Part shown: piece after piece, positions 9,541-18,889 of the stretch | How the letters are laid out: every line of letters begins with the position of its first letter | Position numbering within the stretch: position 1 is the first letter of the stretch | Source: a virus | Virus record (IMG/VR): IMGVR_UViG_3300030616_000001 | Coordinates: 30,959 to 94,958 of that record | Length of the DNA stretch: 64,000 nucleotides | Reading direction: 5' to 3' (one strand) | Position numbers and translations under genes: made by a program | Notes under the pieces: model-generated | What the model was told of the DNA's origin: nothing | Databases searched by the model: none | The model's input: the letters and a program-made list of their open reading frames with translations, nothing else

Positions 9541-10080
9541 TCAGTTCATCGAAGCTCGGGACGCGGCCATCGCCTTTTGCGCCAGGTCCCGCGCGTCTTG
9601 GTCGGCCAGTGGGTCGGCGGCCTGTCGCATCAGGATCCGCGTCGCCGCCACCCGAAGGTCGTTCCAGTCCTTGCGTCGGTGCATCAGTTCCAGGACCTTG
9701 TTGACCGCGTCCTTGGACGCCTTGGCCTTGCGGTCGTCCACCACGTCCCGGAAGAACGCGGCCAGGATCCGGGGCTTCTGCTCGTCCGGTGCCGCGTGAA
9801 AGTCCGCGAGGAGGTGCTCATGGAACACCCCGTCGTCGATCTGCTGCGCCGCCTCTTTCATGATCCGGTCGAACTCGTCGGGCTGGACACCACCGTCGGC
9901 TCGGCTCACGCACCGGCAGATGATCGGGATCTGCTGCGGCCCGTTGCCGTCGCCCAGGTCGGCGTTCTTGTACCCCACGATCCCGCGGCCGTTGCACCGC
10001 TTGCACCCGGGCTTGGCCTTGGCCAGGTCCACGTGCTTGGCAAGCCGCACACGAGGCGGCGCCTGATCACGCTTGGTCAT
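9541..10080 (-). CDS. Zn-finger protein (CKRC...CRC)
   Basis: Start MTKRDQ with GAGGGG RBS. Confidence 0.7.
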   Translation of the reverse strand: MTKRDQAPPRVRLAKHVDLAKAKPGCKRCNGRGIVGYKNADLGDGNGPQQIPIICRCVSRADGGVQPDEFDRIMKEAAQQIDDGVFHEHLLADFHAAPDEQKPRILAAFFRDVVDDRKAKASKDAVNKVLELMHRRKDWNDLRVAATRILMRQAADPLADQDARDLAQKAMAASRASMN

Positions 10081-10633
10081 CGTCCCCCTCCAGTTCCTTG
10101 ACCCGTCCCTGCCACCACCGCCGCAGACAGCCGCGGCACTTGGTCTTGCCGAAGTCCTTGGGGTGGTGACGGCACTTCGTCTCCCTGTCCACGTGCGTCC
10201 CTGTGCCTGGTTCTGCCCGTTGGAAGTGGTCACGTAGGGTTCCGGTCGGGACCAGGACGCGGACAGGCGGCAGGTCCCCGTCTCGGACCACGCACGGCAC
10301 CAGGAGTTCCATGTGGTCGGGGCCGCCAGTGAACAGGTCCGGTCGGATCTCCACCGCCTCCTCCCACACCTCGTCGCACTCCTCGATGTCCTCGAGGGCG
10401 CGTTCGAGCTCGGCGTCGTCCACGTCCACCTCGGTGCCCCCGGGAAGGCCCAGGCGCAGACCCAGGACCCGCTCCCACTGGTCGTCGTTGACCGCGGCGA
10501 TCACGGTGTCGTTCAGGGTAACGAACGCCTTGCCCGCGAGGGCGCGGTATGGGTGCTGTGCAATCTCGGTGGTCACGGTCACGTCTCCGTTGTCGTAGCG
10601 GCTGTACTCCGCGCCGGTTTCCACATCGCGCAT
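10067..10633 (-). CDS. Hypothetical protein with C-terminal Cys/His cluster
   Basis: Start MRDVET; CRHH...CRGC. Confidence 0.65.
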   Translation of the reverse strand: MRDVETGAEYSRYDNGDVTVTTEIAQHPYRALAGKAFVTLNDTVIAAVNDDQWERVLGLRLGLPGGTEVDVDDAELERALEDIEECDEVWEEAVEIRPDLFTGGPDHMELLVPCVVRDGDLPPVRVLVPTGTLRDHFQRAEPGTGTHVDRETKCRHHPKDFGKTKCRGCLRRWWQGRVKELEGDDDQA

Positions 10634-10643
10634 GGTCGTGGAT

Positions 10644-12233
10644 TTAGAACGGGTACTCATGCTCGTCCTCGTCACCGATGTGGATCTCCATTACATCTTC
10701 CCCCCCGTCGGCGTCCACGTCAAGGAAGTGCGTCCGTGCAGCACCGACCAGCTGCGAAAAGGCGTCCACCATGTCGTCGTGCTTGCCGAACGGGAACTCG
10801 ATCAGTTCGTCCACGAGGCTGCCGCGGCTGCCGTCGAACAGGTCGCCGTTCGGGTCCAGGTGGGCCGAGAACACCACCTTGCCCTTTTCCAGCAACGGAG
10901 TGGCGCCGAGGAGGCGCATCTGCTTGCTGATCTTGGGCTTGGTGACCTTGATGTGGCCCTCCATCTCGGGGTGTTCGTTAATGACCCACTCGTCCACGGT
11001 GGACAGGCCGATCTTCTCGATCAGGACCAGCCACGGATCGTATGTCTGCGCCTCGGCGTGGATCACGTCGGCCAGGGTCTTGACCGACATCCGCTGGTGC
11101 CAGGCGTCCACGATGTACAGGACCCCGCGCTCCTGGTCGATCGCGCCGACGCAGCACCCAGTGTAGTCCTGCTGCTTGCTGGTCTTGGACCGTGGGTTGG
11201 GCGTGCCGGCGGGGTCGTAGCTGGTGAAGAACACCAACCGATCCTGCTCCACCAACTCGGCGAACCGTTGGTCCTGGCGCAGGTCGCTGAACTCGAACCA
11301 GTCCGGTCGGATCAGCGCGGACTCTATGTCGATCGCCTGGTTGCGGAAGGCCCGGTTGAACTCGATGCTCTGGATCTCGTCGAACCGCATCCGCAGCGCG
11401 GCCTCACTCCACTTGTCCGGCCAGATCGCGCCGAAGTTGGCGTCGATGTCGTACCGCAGCACCTTGTACGTGGTGCCGCCCATGATCTCGTGGGACAGGT
11501 CCCCGGGGTGCCACAACGTGCAGATGTACCAGACGCGGCTGTCCGGCTCGAGGAGGTTGGTCCAGTCCGCCTTCCACGCCTGCTTGATCTGCTCGCGGAG
11601 GGCCGGGAAGGTGAGGGCGTTGCGGCGGTCCACCACGTCGTCGGCGATCAGCAGGTCGGCGCGGCCGCCCGTCGCCGTGGAGGTGATGCCCAGTGCCTCC
11701 ACCGACGCGTCCCTGTGTCTCGCGGATCGCATCAGGACCAGACGGTGCGCGTTCCATGGCGCGTCAGGGTTCGGCCGTAGGTCGGGGAACACCTCCCGGA
11801 CACGCGGGTTCGTGGTGATGTGCTGGTCGATCTCGAACAGGCGTTCCTTGGCCCGCCCGTCGCTCGCGCACACCACCTTGGTCCGCAGGTTCGGGTTGTT
11901 GCCCAGTTCCCAGATCACGCGGCCCACCACGTTGCTGGTCTTGGCGTGGTCACGAGGCGCGATCACCATGACCCGCTGATACCGATCCCAGGCCTTATGC
12001 CACTCGTCGTGGAACCACTGCTGGGCGTAGGGAAGGCGGCTCGACTCGTCCAGGAACGCATACTCCATGAACGCCGACGCCGACTTGCGAGCGAGGGCGA
12101 CGTGGTGGTTGCGAATCGCCACGGCACGCTTGACCAGGCGCTCCCGGGACGGTGGTCGGATGAACTTGTCCGCGACCAGCCGCGGGAGGTGGCCCACCGG
12201 AGGGCGGAAGTCCTTGTGGATCGCGCCGTCCAC
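10644..12233 (-). CDS. terL: Terminase large subunit
   Basis: Walker A-like APRDHAKT, Walker B DLLIADD, nuclease motifs YDPAG and HDDMVDA. Confidence 0.95.
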   Translation of the reverse strand: MDGAIHKDFRPPVGHLPRLVADKFIRPPSRERLVKRAVAIRNHHVALARKSASAFMEYAFLDESSRLPYAQQWFHDEWHKAWDRYQRVMVIAPRDHAKTSNVVGRVIWELGNNPNLRTKVVCASDGRAKERLFEIDQHITTNPRVREVFPDLRPNPDAPWNAHRLVLMRSARHRDASVEALGITSTATGGRADLLIADDVVDRRNALTFPALREQIKQAWKADWTNLLEPDSRVWYICTLWHPGDLSHEIMGGTTYKVLRYDIDANFGAIWPDKWSEAALRMRFDEIQSIEFNRAFRNQAIDIESALIRPDWFEFSDLRQDQRFAELVEQDRLVFFTSYDPAGTPNPRSKTSKQQDYTGCCVGAIDQERGVLYIVDAWHQRMSVKTLADVIHAEAQTYDPWLVLIEKIGLSTVDEWVINEHPEMEGHIKVTKPKISKQMRLLGATPLLEKGKVVFSAHLDPNGDLFDGSRGSLVDELIEFPFGKHDDMVDAFSQLVGAARTHFLDVDADGGEDVMEIHIGDEDEHEYPF

Positions 12234-12234
12234 G

Positions 12235-12831
12235 CTACTTCTTCTTGCCGCTCACCTGGAACTTGTGGCCGCACTCGGGACACGTCGCCTCCACGGTGAT
12301 CGTCACGTTGGACTTCGCGTCCTTCTTCTCCTGGAGGGCCTTCAGCTGCTCGTCGTTGGCCTTCTTGAACGCGTTCCAGTCGAAGTCGACCATCTGGGAG
12401 AACCCCTCCAGGGTTTCCCGGTCGAACGGCATCGTGGTGTTGAGGTCGGCCACGTTGAACTCGGCGCCGCTGCCGCTGGTCATCTCCTTGATCAGGACCG
12501 CCAGCTTGGCGTCGTCGCGCTTGAACTTCGTCTCGTTCGTCTCGATGGCGATCCGCCACGCCTGGGAGTCGGTGATCGGGCCAAAGTTGAAGCACACCGC
12601 TTTCTTGATCCCCAGGTGGTTGAACGCGGCGAGGCGGTGGTTCCCGTTGATCACCTCGAAGAACCCCGTGTCCAACTCGCGCACTAGGATGTTCTCCACC
12701 TGACCGTTGCGCTTGATGTTGGCGATCAGCTTCTCGGCCTGGTCCGGGTCCTCCACCTTGTAGTTCCAATCGGCGCCTACGAGCTTGCCCACGGGCAACT
12801 CGATCCATCGCGGGTCATTGAGCTTGGCCAT
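12235..12831 (-). CDS. ParB/sulfiredoxin-like domain protein with C-terminal Zn ribbon
   Basis: IKRNGQVENILVR...VINGNHRL; CPECG; adjacent to dpdA as in many phage modification loci. Confidence 0.85.
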   Translation of the reverse strand: MAKLNDPRWIELPVGKLVGADWNYKVEDPDQAEKLIANIKRNGQVENILVRELDTGFFEVINGNHRLAAFNHLGIKKAVCFNFGPITDSQAWRIAIETNETKFKRDDAKLAVLIKEMTSGSGAEFNVADLNTTMPFDRETLEGFSQMVDFDWNAFKKANDEQLKALQEKKDAKSNVTITVEATCPECGHKFQVSGKKK

Positions 12832-13678
12832 CGCGCATCTCCTGTTGCGCCGTGTCGGCGCGTGTCTGGTCGTTCCACTCGATCCCGCGCTCGCGCCACA
12901 TCGACGTGACGGACTCCTGGAGGCGGTGTCGTTTCATCAGCCACCGCGTGAACCGCACCTTGCACTTCTCGGCGCCAGCCAGGTCCTCGCGTTGTTCAAC
13001 TTGGGCGGCGAGCACGGCCTCGACGGTGTTGAGTCCCTTCTCGGCCAGGTCCCGCAGCTTGTAGGTGCGCCCGTCCTGCATGTGCCACGTCTTGTTGCCC
13101 GCCTGGAGGGATCCGGCCGACGAGTCCGCGGAGTAGAACGGGTAGCGGCGCAGGATCTTCTCGCTGCCCACGCCGAACATATGGATCTTGCGGGTGTCCC
13201 GGTACTTGGCCAGGACGCGGGCGTATAGGTCGTCGAGCCAGATGATCTTCGCCGCGTCGCTCTTGCCCACCACGCCGCCCAGGCAGAAGAACTCGTACCG
13301 CTCGGCCAGTTCCTCGAGCACCGCGATCGGCTCCCCGAAGTGGTAGGTGGGCAACGGCGCGAACCCCGCCTCCTCCATGACCCGCTGGTTCTCCGCGCTG
13401 GCCACCGGGTCGCCGATCACGTCCAGCCCGGCGTACACGTCGATCAGGTGGGACCGGTCGGCGATGAACTTCATGTACTCGTCGATGTCGATCTCGATGC
13501 CCAGGGTGTTGGCGCTGTGGGCGCCGCTGTCCAGGAAGAAGTGGAACCTGTCGTCGAGCAGGTCCACGGTGGGCAGGAACCGCTGGGCGTAGACGTAGCT
13601 GATCAGGACGTTGGGATACAGCGTCTCGATCACCGCCTCGAGATCCTGGCGCTTGATCACGACCTCGAACACCCTCAT
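12815..13678 (-). CDS. dpdA: DNA 7-deazaguanine transglycosylase (TGT-fold DpdA)
   Basis: FLDSGAHS, LDVIGD, PTYHFGE, LGGVVG, IHMFGV, FYSADSS; ATGA overlap with queE. Confidence 0.85.
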   Translation of the reverse strand: MRVFEVVIKRQDLEAVIETLYPNVLISYVYAQRFLPTVDLLDDRFHFFLDSGAHSANTLGIEIDIDEYMKFIADRSHLIDVYAGLDVIGDPVASAENQRVMEEAGFAPLPTYHFGEPIAVLEELAERYEFFCLGGVVGKSDAAKIIWLDDLYARVLAKYRDTRKIHMFGVGSEKILRRYPFYSADSSAGSLQAGNKTWHMQDGRTYKLRDLAEKGLNTVEAVLAAQVEQREDLAGAEKCKVRFTRWLMKRHRLQESVTSMWRERGIEWNDQTRADTAQQEMRDGQAQ

Positions 13679-14265
13679 GACAGCCCCCATGCCTTGTGCG
13701 CCTGGACGTTGAGCCGCCAGGGAATCTCGCTGGTGTTCTCCTCGATCAGGTGGACCGCCCACCGCACGTTCTCGGGAACCAGGCGGTCCCCGTCGTACGC
13801 GGGGGACAGGAAGTAGTTGTCCGCGGCGATCAGTGGCACCGGGATCTTGCACCCGGCCTCCACGATGTACTTCAACTCGGCGACGGGGCGGCTGAAGTTC
13901 TCGATCAGGCGCGACGGGCCGACCTTGGGACTGACCACCACGTAGTCTATCCCCTCGGGCACGGCAAGCGTGCCGTTGGTTTCGATTGTGAGCATGGCGC
14001 CGAGCGCGTGGAGTGCGCGGACCAGAACGTTGTCGACCTGGAGCGCGGGTTCGCCGCCGCACAGGGACACAACGTCGGCCCCCAACTCCTCGACCTCGTC
14101 CAGGATCATCTGGAGGGACATCTCCCTGGCGTTGACGTGCTCCTTGGTGTCGCAGAACGGGCAGTTGAGGTTGCACCCGCTGAACCGCAGGAACGTGGTT
14201 GGGATGCCGATCCTGGCGCCCTCGCCCTGGATCGACCGCACGATCTCGTGGACCTTGTACAGCAT
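13675..14265 (-). CDS. queE: 7-carboxy-7-deazaguanine synthase (radical SAM)
   Basis: SIQGEG..G, GCNLNCPFCDT, GGEP, IETNG, VSPK, QAHK. Confidence 0.95.
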   Translation of the reverse strand: MLYKVHEIVRSIQGEGARIGIPTTFLRFSGCNLNCPFCDTKEHVNAREMSLQMILDEVEELGADVVSLCGGEPALQVDNVLVRALHALGAMLTIETNGTLAVPEGIDYVVVSPKVGPSRLIENFSRPVAELKYIVEAGCKIPVPLIAADNYFLSPAYDGDRLVPENVRWAVHLIEENTSEIPWRLNVQAHKAWGLS

Positions 14266-15020
14266 CAGTTGTGCCCCCTCTCGTCCCGGTGCGCCCGGTC
14301 GTAGGCCAGTTGCTCCGGGGTCTTGACATTCTGCTCCCCGTCGTACCAGCCGCCGGCCCACAACGCTTCCTCCCGCTGGCGGCATGAGTCGCACTCGCCG
14401 CAGTGGGCGTCGCCGTCCAGGTAGCACGACCACGTGGCGTCGTAGTCCACGCCCAGCTTGCGCCCCAGGTCCACGATCCTTGCCTTGGGCCAGGTGGCGA
14501 ACGGAGCACAGATCCGCGGGTGGAACGACGGGTCGGTGCCCTCCCGGGCCGCACGCTCCATCGCCTCCACGAACTCGAGACGGTCGTCCCAGTAGTTGCC
14601 GCTGTCCAGGCCGTTGGCGCCGAGGTAGATGCTGCTGATCCCGTGGGCCTCGGCGAACCCGACCGCGTAGGCCAGGAAGATCCCGTTGCGGAACGGGACG
14701 TAGCTGGCCGGCGTGCCGCCCTCCTCGATCTGGCCGCGACTGCGCCCCTTCGGAAGCCCCTGGACCGCGCTGGTGTTGGCCTTCAACAGGCCGCACTCCG
14801 GGGCCATCCACCCCATGTCCACCCGCACGATCTTGGTGGTGGCGCCGTACTTCTGCGCGTTGTCCACGGCAACGTCGAGCTCACGCCGCAGCGTCTGTCC
14901 GTAGTCGAAGATCAGTGCGACGATCTCCTCCGGGTTGAGCAGGTGCATGTTCTGCATCCGCGCCAGGCACGTGGTACTGTCGATCCCGCCTGACAGTAGG
15001 ATCACCGCTCCTCGATTCAT
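14265..15020 (-). CDS. queC: 7-cyano-7-deazaguanine (preQ0) synthase
   Basis: LSGGIDS, FDYGQ, YVPFRN, TWSCY...HCGECDSC. Confidence 0.96.
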   Translation of the reverse strand: MNRGAVILLSGGIDSTTCLARMQNMHLLNPEEIVALIFDYGQTLRRELDVAVDNAQKYGATTKIVRVDMGWMAPECGLLKANTSAVQGLPKGRSRGQIEEGGTPASYVPFRNGIFLAYAVGFAEAHGISSIYLGANGLDSGNYWDDRLEFVEAMERAAREGTDPSFHPRICAPFATWPKARIVDLGRKLGVDYDATWSCYLDGDAHCGECDSCRQREEALWAGGWYDGEQNVKTPEQLAYDRAHRDERGHN

Positions 15021-15023
15021 CTC

Positions 15024-15602
15024 CTACCCCTCCCGGCCCGCGAAGGCCATGAACTCGGCCCTGGTGCGCGGGTCCTCGAGGAACCGTCCACGCAGGGCCG
15101 TTGTGGTCATCCATGCTTCCCGTTTCTCCACACCCCTCGCCACCATGCACAGGTGACGACCACGGACCAGCACGCCCACGCCCAGAGCACCTGCGGTGGA
15201 CTCCACTACGTCCGCGATCTGGTCGGTCATCCGCTCCTGGATCTGGAGGCGGCGGGCGTACACCTCGACGGCACGCGCCAGCTTGGACACCCCCACCACC
15301 TTGCCGTTCTTGTCCGGCAGGTAGGCGACATAGACGTGGCCGTAGAACGGCAGGATGTGGTGCTCGCACGTGGACCAGTATTCGATGGGACCGAGGCACA
15401 CCATCTGGTTGTAGCTGTCACTGGCGAACGCGGTCTGGAGGATCCCCTGGGGCTCCTTGTCGTAGCCGCCGAACAGGTGCTTCCAGGACTTGACCACGCG
15501 CTTCGGCGTGTCCTTCAACCCCTCCCGGTCCGGGTCCTCACCGATGTACTCCAGCATGGTCCGAACCGCGGCGAGCGCGTCTGCTTCTGTCGGCCTGGTC
15601 AT
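15024..15602 (-). CDS. folE: GTP cyclohydrolase I
   Basis: [52 protein letters not shown]. Confidence 0.96.
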   Translation of the reverse strand: MTRPTEADALAAVRTMLEYIGEDPDREGLKDTPKRVVKSWKHLFGGYDKEPQGILQTAFASDSYNQMVCLGPIEYWSTCEHHILPFYGHVYVAYLPDKNGKVVGVSKLARAVEVYARRLQIQERMTDQIADVVESTAGALGVGVLVRGRHLCMVARGVEKREAWMTTTALRGRFLEDPRTRAEFMAFAGREG

Positions 15603-16087
15603 TGGATCGCCTCCTCGTAGTCCGCCTCCCACGTGGCGCACGACTTCTCCGTCTCCCACACGTCCACCCTGATCACGTCCGCGCCGACCACCGGGATCTC
15701 GGCCAGGCCCCGGGCGATCATCGACGCGAGCAGGGTGGCCATGTTCTCGGCGGTGGGCATGTTGATCATCACCACGACCCGCAGGTCCAGGTCCGCGGCA
15801 CGGAGCACCTCCAGGAGCGGATCCTGCTCCCACAGGATCACGGCGTGGTCCCACGGCACCGTGTCCGCGCCGCACCACTTCCCCTCGTCCAGGATCCCGC
15901 GCACCACCGTGGACAGGTCCTTGAAGTCGGCGACCATGCCGGTGGAGGGACCGACGCGGCGCAACTCGGCCCCCTCGAGATGGGCGACGACGCGGTAGCT
16001 GTGGCCGTGCAGGTTGCGGCATCCACCCTCGTGGAGTGGCAGTCGGTGTGCCGCCTCGAATTTGAATTCCTTGCTGATACTGTGCAT
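15599..16087 (-). CDS. queD: 6-carboxytetrahydropterin synthase
   Basis: FEAAHRL..C..LHGHSY, DF, PTAEN, VWET. Confidence 0.95.
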   Translation of the reverse strand: MHSISKEFKFEAAHRLPLHEGGCRNLHGHSYRVVAHLEGAELRRVGPSTGMVADFKDLSTVVRGILDEGKWCGADTVPWDHAVILWEQDPLLEVLRAADLDLRVVVMINMPTAENMATLLASMIARGLAEIPVVGADVIRVDVWETEKSCATWEADYEEAIQ

Positions 16088-16561
16088 CTAGTCCTCCACC
16101 TCGTCTGGTCCGTCGAACGCGACCGGGCCGACGTCATCGCCGCCGTCGAGCGGCAACTGTTCAAGATCCTCATGGGCCGCGCCGGTCAGGGCGAACTCCA
16201 CCAGCTGACCCGGGACCAGTGGGCCGCCGCACCCCTTGCACTCCTCACCAACGCGCTGTCCCGTGTTGGCCCGGAGTCCGCACTTCTGACACGTCACATC
16301 GTAGATGGCCGCGATGGCGCCGACGCCCGTCTTGTCCTGTACACCGAACAGGCCGTTGAGCAAGCCCAACGTGCCCAGCAGGTACAGGGTGCGCCCGTCG
16401 TCCGCCTTGTGGAACAGCACCTGGACCGTGGGGTGGTGAGCCACCGGCGGCTCCACCGCGATCCGCGTGTTGACCAGGACCCCCATGCCGTCCCGGTCAC
16501 GCTCCACCAAGTCGTTGAGCAGTTCGATCACCTCGTGCACACTGACATTCGCCTTGATCAT
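16088..16561 (-). CDS. Hypothetical protein with Zn ribbon
   Basis: Start MIKANV with GGGAGAGG RBS; CQKC...CKGC. Confidence 0.7.
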   Translation of the reverse strand: MIKANVSVHEVIELLNDLVERDRDGMGVLVNTRIAVEPPVAHHPTVQVLFHKADDGRTLYLLGTLGLLNGLFGVQDKTGVGAIAAIYDVTCQKCGLRANTGQRVGEECKGCGGPLVPGQLVEFALTGAAHEDLEQLPLDGGDDVGPVAFDGPDEVED

Positions 16562-16578
16562 CGCGCCTCTCCCGTTGT

Positions 16579-16755
16579 TTATTCGGCCACCTGGGGCCGT
16601 TGATCGTCCGCCGCGGTGACCCGGATCCCCGGGGCTGCTTCTTGCCGCACCGAACACTGTTCGTTCCACGCCACCCGCAACAGCCGGTCCACGGTCCACG
16701 GCCACCGGCCGCGTTCCACTCGGATCGTGAATGTTCCCGCGTCCTTGGACGGCAT
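16579..16755 (-). CDS. 58-aa hypothetical protein (MPSKDAGTF...)
   Basis: Fills the gap; absent from the ORF track because it is under 60 aa. Confidence 0.5.
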   Translation of the reverse strand: MPSKDAGTFTIRVERGRWPWTVDRLLRVAWNEQCSVRQEAAPGIRVTAADDQRPQVAE

Positions 16756-16758
16756 CAC

Positions 16759-17247
16759 CTATCCCTCCTGAACCTCGCGCTTGAGGTCGACCAGGACACG
16801 ACGCAACGCGTCCCGTTCGTCACGGACATCGCACAGGTAGGTCACGATCTCCTTGAGGCGTCCGAGCATCTCCTGGCGCTCGACCCGCTGTTCCTCGATC
16901 CTGTTCACCGCCTCGGCCCGACGCGCCCTGGTCTGGCCCAGCTCCTCCTCGAGCGCGGCCACGCGGCGGCACAGGTAGTCCACCACCGCCGTGGGCGGCA
17001 CCTCGTTGTCGGTGGCGCACGTCTCCGGGGTGGTGAACACGACGCGCTCGTCCAGGTTGCGGACGGTGGCGTGGTCCGGGATCCCCAGGAACCGCCGCAA
17101 CCGGCCCCGTTCGGCGCTGTCCTCGATCAGTGCACCAAACCGCCGCGCGATCTCTGGGTGCTTGGTGGTCAGGATCTGCGCGTCCTTGGCGCCCATGACC
17201 TCCCACAGCATCTCCAGGGCCACGTTCTTGCCTGGTCCCTCGCCCAT
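16759..17247 (-). CDS. Coiled-coil hypothetical protein
   Basis: Start MGEGPG directly after the upstream stop. Confidence 0.7.
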   Translation of the reverse strand: MGEGPGKNVALEMLWEVMGAKDAQILTTKHPEIARRFGALIEDSAERGRLRRFLGIPDHATVRNLDERVVFTTPETCATDNEVPPTAVVDYLCRRVAALEEELGQTRARRAEAVNRIEEQRVERQEMLGRLKEIVTYLCDVRDERDALRRVLVDLKREVQEG

Positions 17248-17248
17248 C

Positions 17249-17731
17249 TTACTGCTCCACCCTGGCGCACCGGAGGAGCATCCGCACCGTGAACATCCGC
17301 ACCTCGCCGGCGACGCCCACGTCGGTGGCGCCGCACTCCCCGGCGGTGACCACCCCGATCTTGATCGGCACCTTGGACGCGATGCACGGCCGCCCGCCCT
17401 CGGGACCGGGCAACTCGTTGGGGTATTCCAGCATGTCCGCCGCCGCACCGCCTAGCAGCATGTCGATCATCGACTTGGCCGCCACCTCGGGCATGCCCAT
17501 CGCGGCCTCCACGGTTAGGTTGGCCTCGGCGATGAAGTCCCTGCCGTCCTCGAGCTCCGCGACGACGCCCATCCCCACGTCGCCGGCCACGTCCTGGTCG
17601 CCGTCGATGGGGTGGATCAGGTCCTCCATCGCGTAGCCGCTGCACTGCACGTCCACGGGGCACCAGTGGACCTCGCCGTCGAACACGTTGGCGCCGTCCA
17701 CAAACTTCTTGAGTAGTTCCCTTGGCTCCAT
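17249..17731 (-). CDS. Hypothetical protein
   Basis: 160 aa; AGGAGG RBS. Confidence 0.75.
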   Translation of the reverse strand: MEPRELLKKFVDGANVFDGEVHWCPVDVQCSGYAMEDLIHPIDGDQDVAGDVGMGVVAELEDGRDFIAEANLTVEAAMGMPEVAAKSMIDMLLGGAAADMLEYPNELPGPEGGRPCIASKVPIKIGVVTAGECGATDVGVAGEVRMFTVRMLLRCARVEQ

Positions 17732-17745
17732 CTCGGCCTCCTGCC

Positions 17746-18390
17746 CTATCGGGCGTGATCGGGCATCTTGCCCGTCGTCATGAACTCCACCACCTCGTCC
17801 TCGGTCCAGTCCCGGAACGGGTCGTCGCCGCGGTGCTCGTGGATCTGGTCCGGTCCGCCCAGGAACCGCTCCATCAGCCGCGCCCCGCGCTCGTAGGTCG
17901 CCAGGGCCGACGCCAGCGACGCGCCGGTCTTGATCTTCTTGCCGTCGCTGTCCTGGTACTCCTTGACCCGCACCAGGATCTCCGCCTTGATCAGCCGCAA
18001 CTCGGCCAGGCTCACCTGGATGATCTCGTCCAACTCCTCGGCCTGTTCCTCGTGGAACCTGATCAGGGACAGCTGCTTCCGCTCCTGCGCCTCGGCCTGG
18101 ACGTCCAGGAACGCCTTCCGAATCGGCGCCATGCCCTCGTTCGGCCGCCCCGCACCGTCGATGTAGAATTTCGCCGTGGACCAGCCGACGCCCGCCGCCT
18201 TCGCCGCCTTCTCGATGTTCTGGTCCTTGAAGAACGCGTCCTGGAGCTTATTGAAGGTGGCGACGTTGATCCGCGGTGCCCGGACTTTCCCCGGCTTCTT
18301 CGGTGGCTTGCCCTGGCCGGGCGACTTGCCCCTACTAGCCTTTGCCGGCGGTTTGGCCGAACCACCACTGCCCTTGCCCTTCGCTGTCAT
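17746..18390 (-). CDS. Putative terminase small subunit (HTH + helical oligomerisation region)
   Basis: NIEKAAKAAGVGWSTAKFY HTH, ERFLGGPDQ..EH tail typical of TerS; start of the operon containing terL. Confidence 0.6.
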   Translation of the reverse strand: MTAKGKGSGGSAKPPAKASRGKSPGQGKPPKKPGKVRAPRINVATFNKLQDAFFKDQNIEKAAKAAGVGWSTAKFYIDGAGRPNEGMAPIRKAFLDVQAEAQERKQLSLIRFHEEQAEELDEIIQVSLAELRLIKAEILVRVKEYQDSDGKKIKTGASLASALATYERGARLMERFLGGPDQIHEHRGDDPFRDWTEDEVVEFMTTGKMPDHAR

Positions 18391-18593
18391 GAGCCGTGCT
18401 CCTGGAGGAGACGCCGGAGCGTCCCCTTGAACTGGGACCCGTCTTGACCATTGATCTTGTCAAGGGTGGCGCCCACCATCAACTCGGTCACGGTGACATC
18501 GAGCGCAGTCGCGGCGTTGCGGATCGCGGTCAGCTCCTCCGGTGTGAGTCGGAGGTTGACCTGGGCAGTGCGCCGTTTCTCGCGTATAGACAT
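18387..18593 (-). CDS. Ribbon-helix-helix DNA-binding protein (DUF1778/MobC-like)
   Basis: VNLRLTPEELTAIRNAATALDVTVTELM. Confidence 0.75.
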   Translation of the reverse strand: MSIREKRRTAQVNLRLTPEELTAIRNAATALDVTVTELMVGATLDKINGQDGSQFKGTLRRLLQEHGS

Positions 18594-18603
18594 CGTTGCC
18601 TCT

Positions 18604-18644
18604 GTATATACGGGATCGCGGCGGCGCCTGTCAAGTATATATAC
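18604..18644 (-). promoter_or_regulatory. Promoter TTGACA-N18-TATATA flanked by GTATATAC / GTATATATAC palindromes
   Basis: -35 at 18629-18634, -10 at 18605-18610; palindromes at 18604-18611 and 18635-18644. Confidence 0.7.
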
Positions 18645-18652
18645 GCCTGGGA

Positions 18653-18889
18653 TTACTGAGGCCCGAAGTCGTCGCGCTGAAGGATCCGCACCTTGCCCTG
18701 GCAGAACATGGGGTGAGCGTTCTCCAGCATCGCGTCCGCCCAGGTGTAGCCGGGAGGTTCCCCGGGGTACTGGTGAGACTTCTCCTCGCGGAACGCGGCC
18801 AGTTCGGCGTCGGTGAGCTCGCGGCACTCGGTGCCGGCGGGGATCGTGAACCCGTAGAAGCGCAGATCCCTGGTGAGTTGATGGGTCAT
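18653..18889 (-). CDS. Hypothetical protein
   Basis: 78 aa, ATGA overlap. Confidence 0.65.
   Translation of the reverse strand: MTHQLTRDLRFYGFTIPAGTECRELTDAELAAFREEKSHQYPGEPPGYTWADAMLENAHPMFCQGKVRILQRDDFGPQ

Noticed and set aside
12235-12831. ParB as a plasmid-prophage partition system
   Set aside because: No ParA and no HTH region; context next to dpdA/terL matches modification-associated ParB-like proteins
12815-16087. Queuosine tRNA-modification (auxiliary metabolic) interpretation
   Set aside because: No queF/queA; the TGT-like protein lacks the tRNA-TGT Zn motif and resembles phage DpdA
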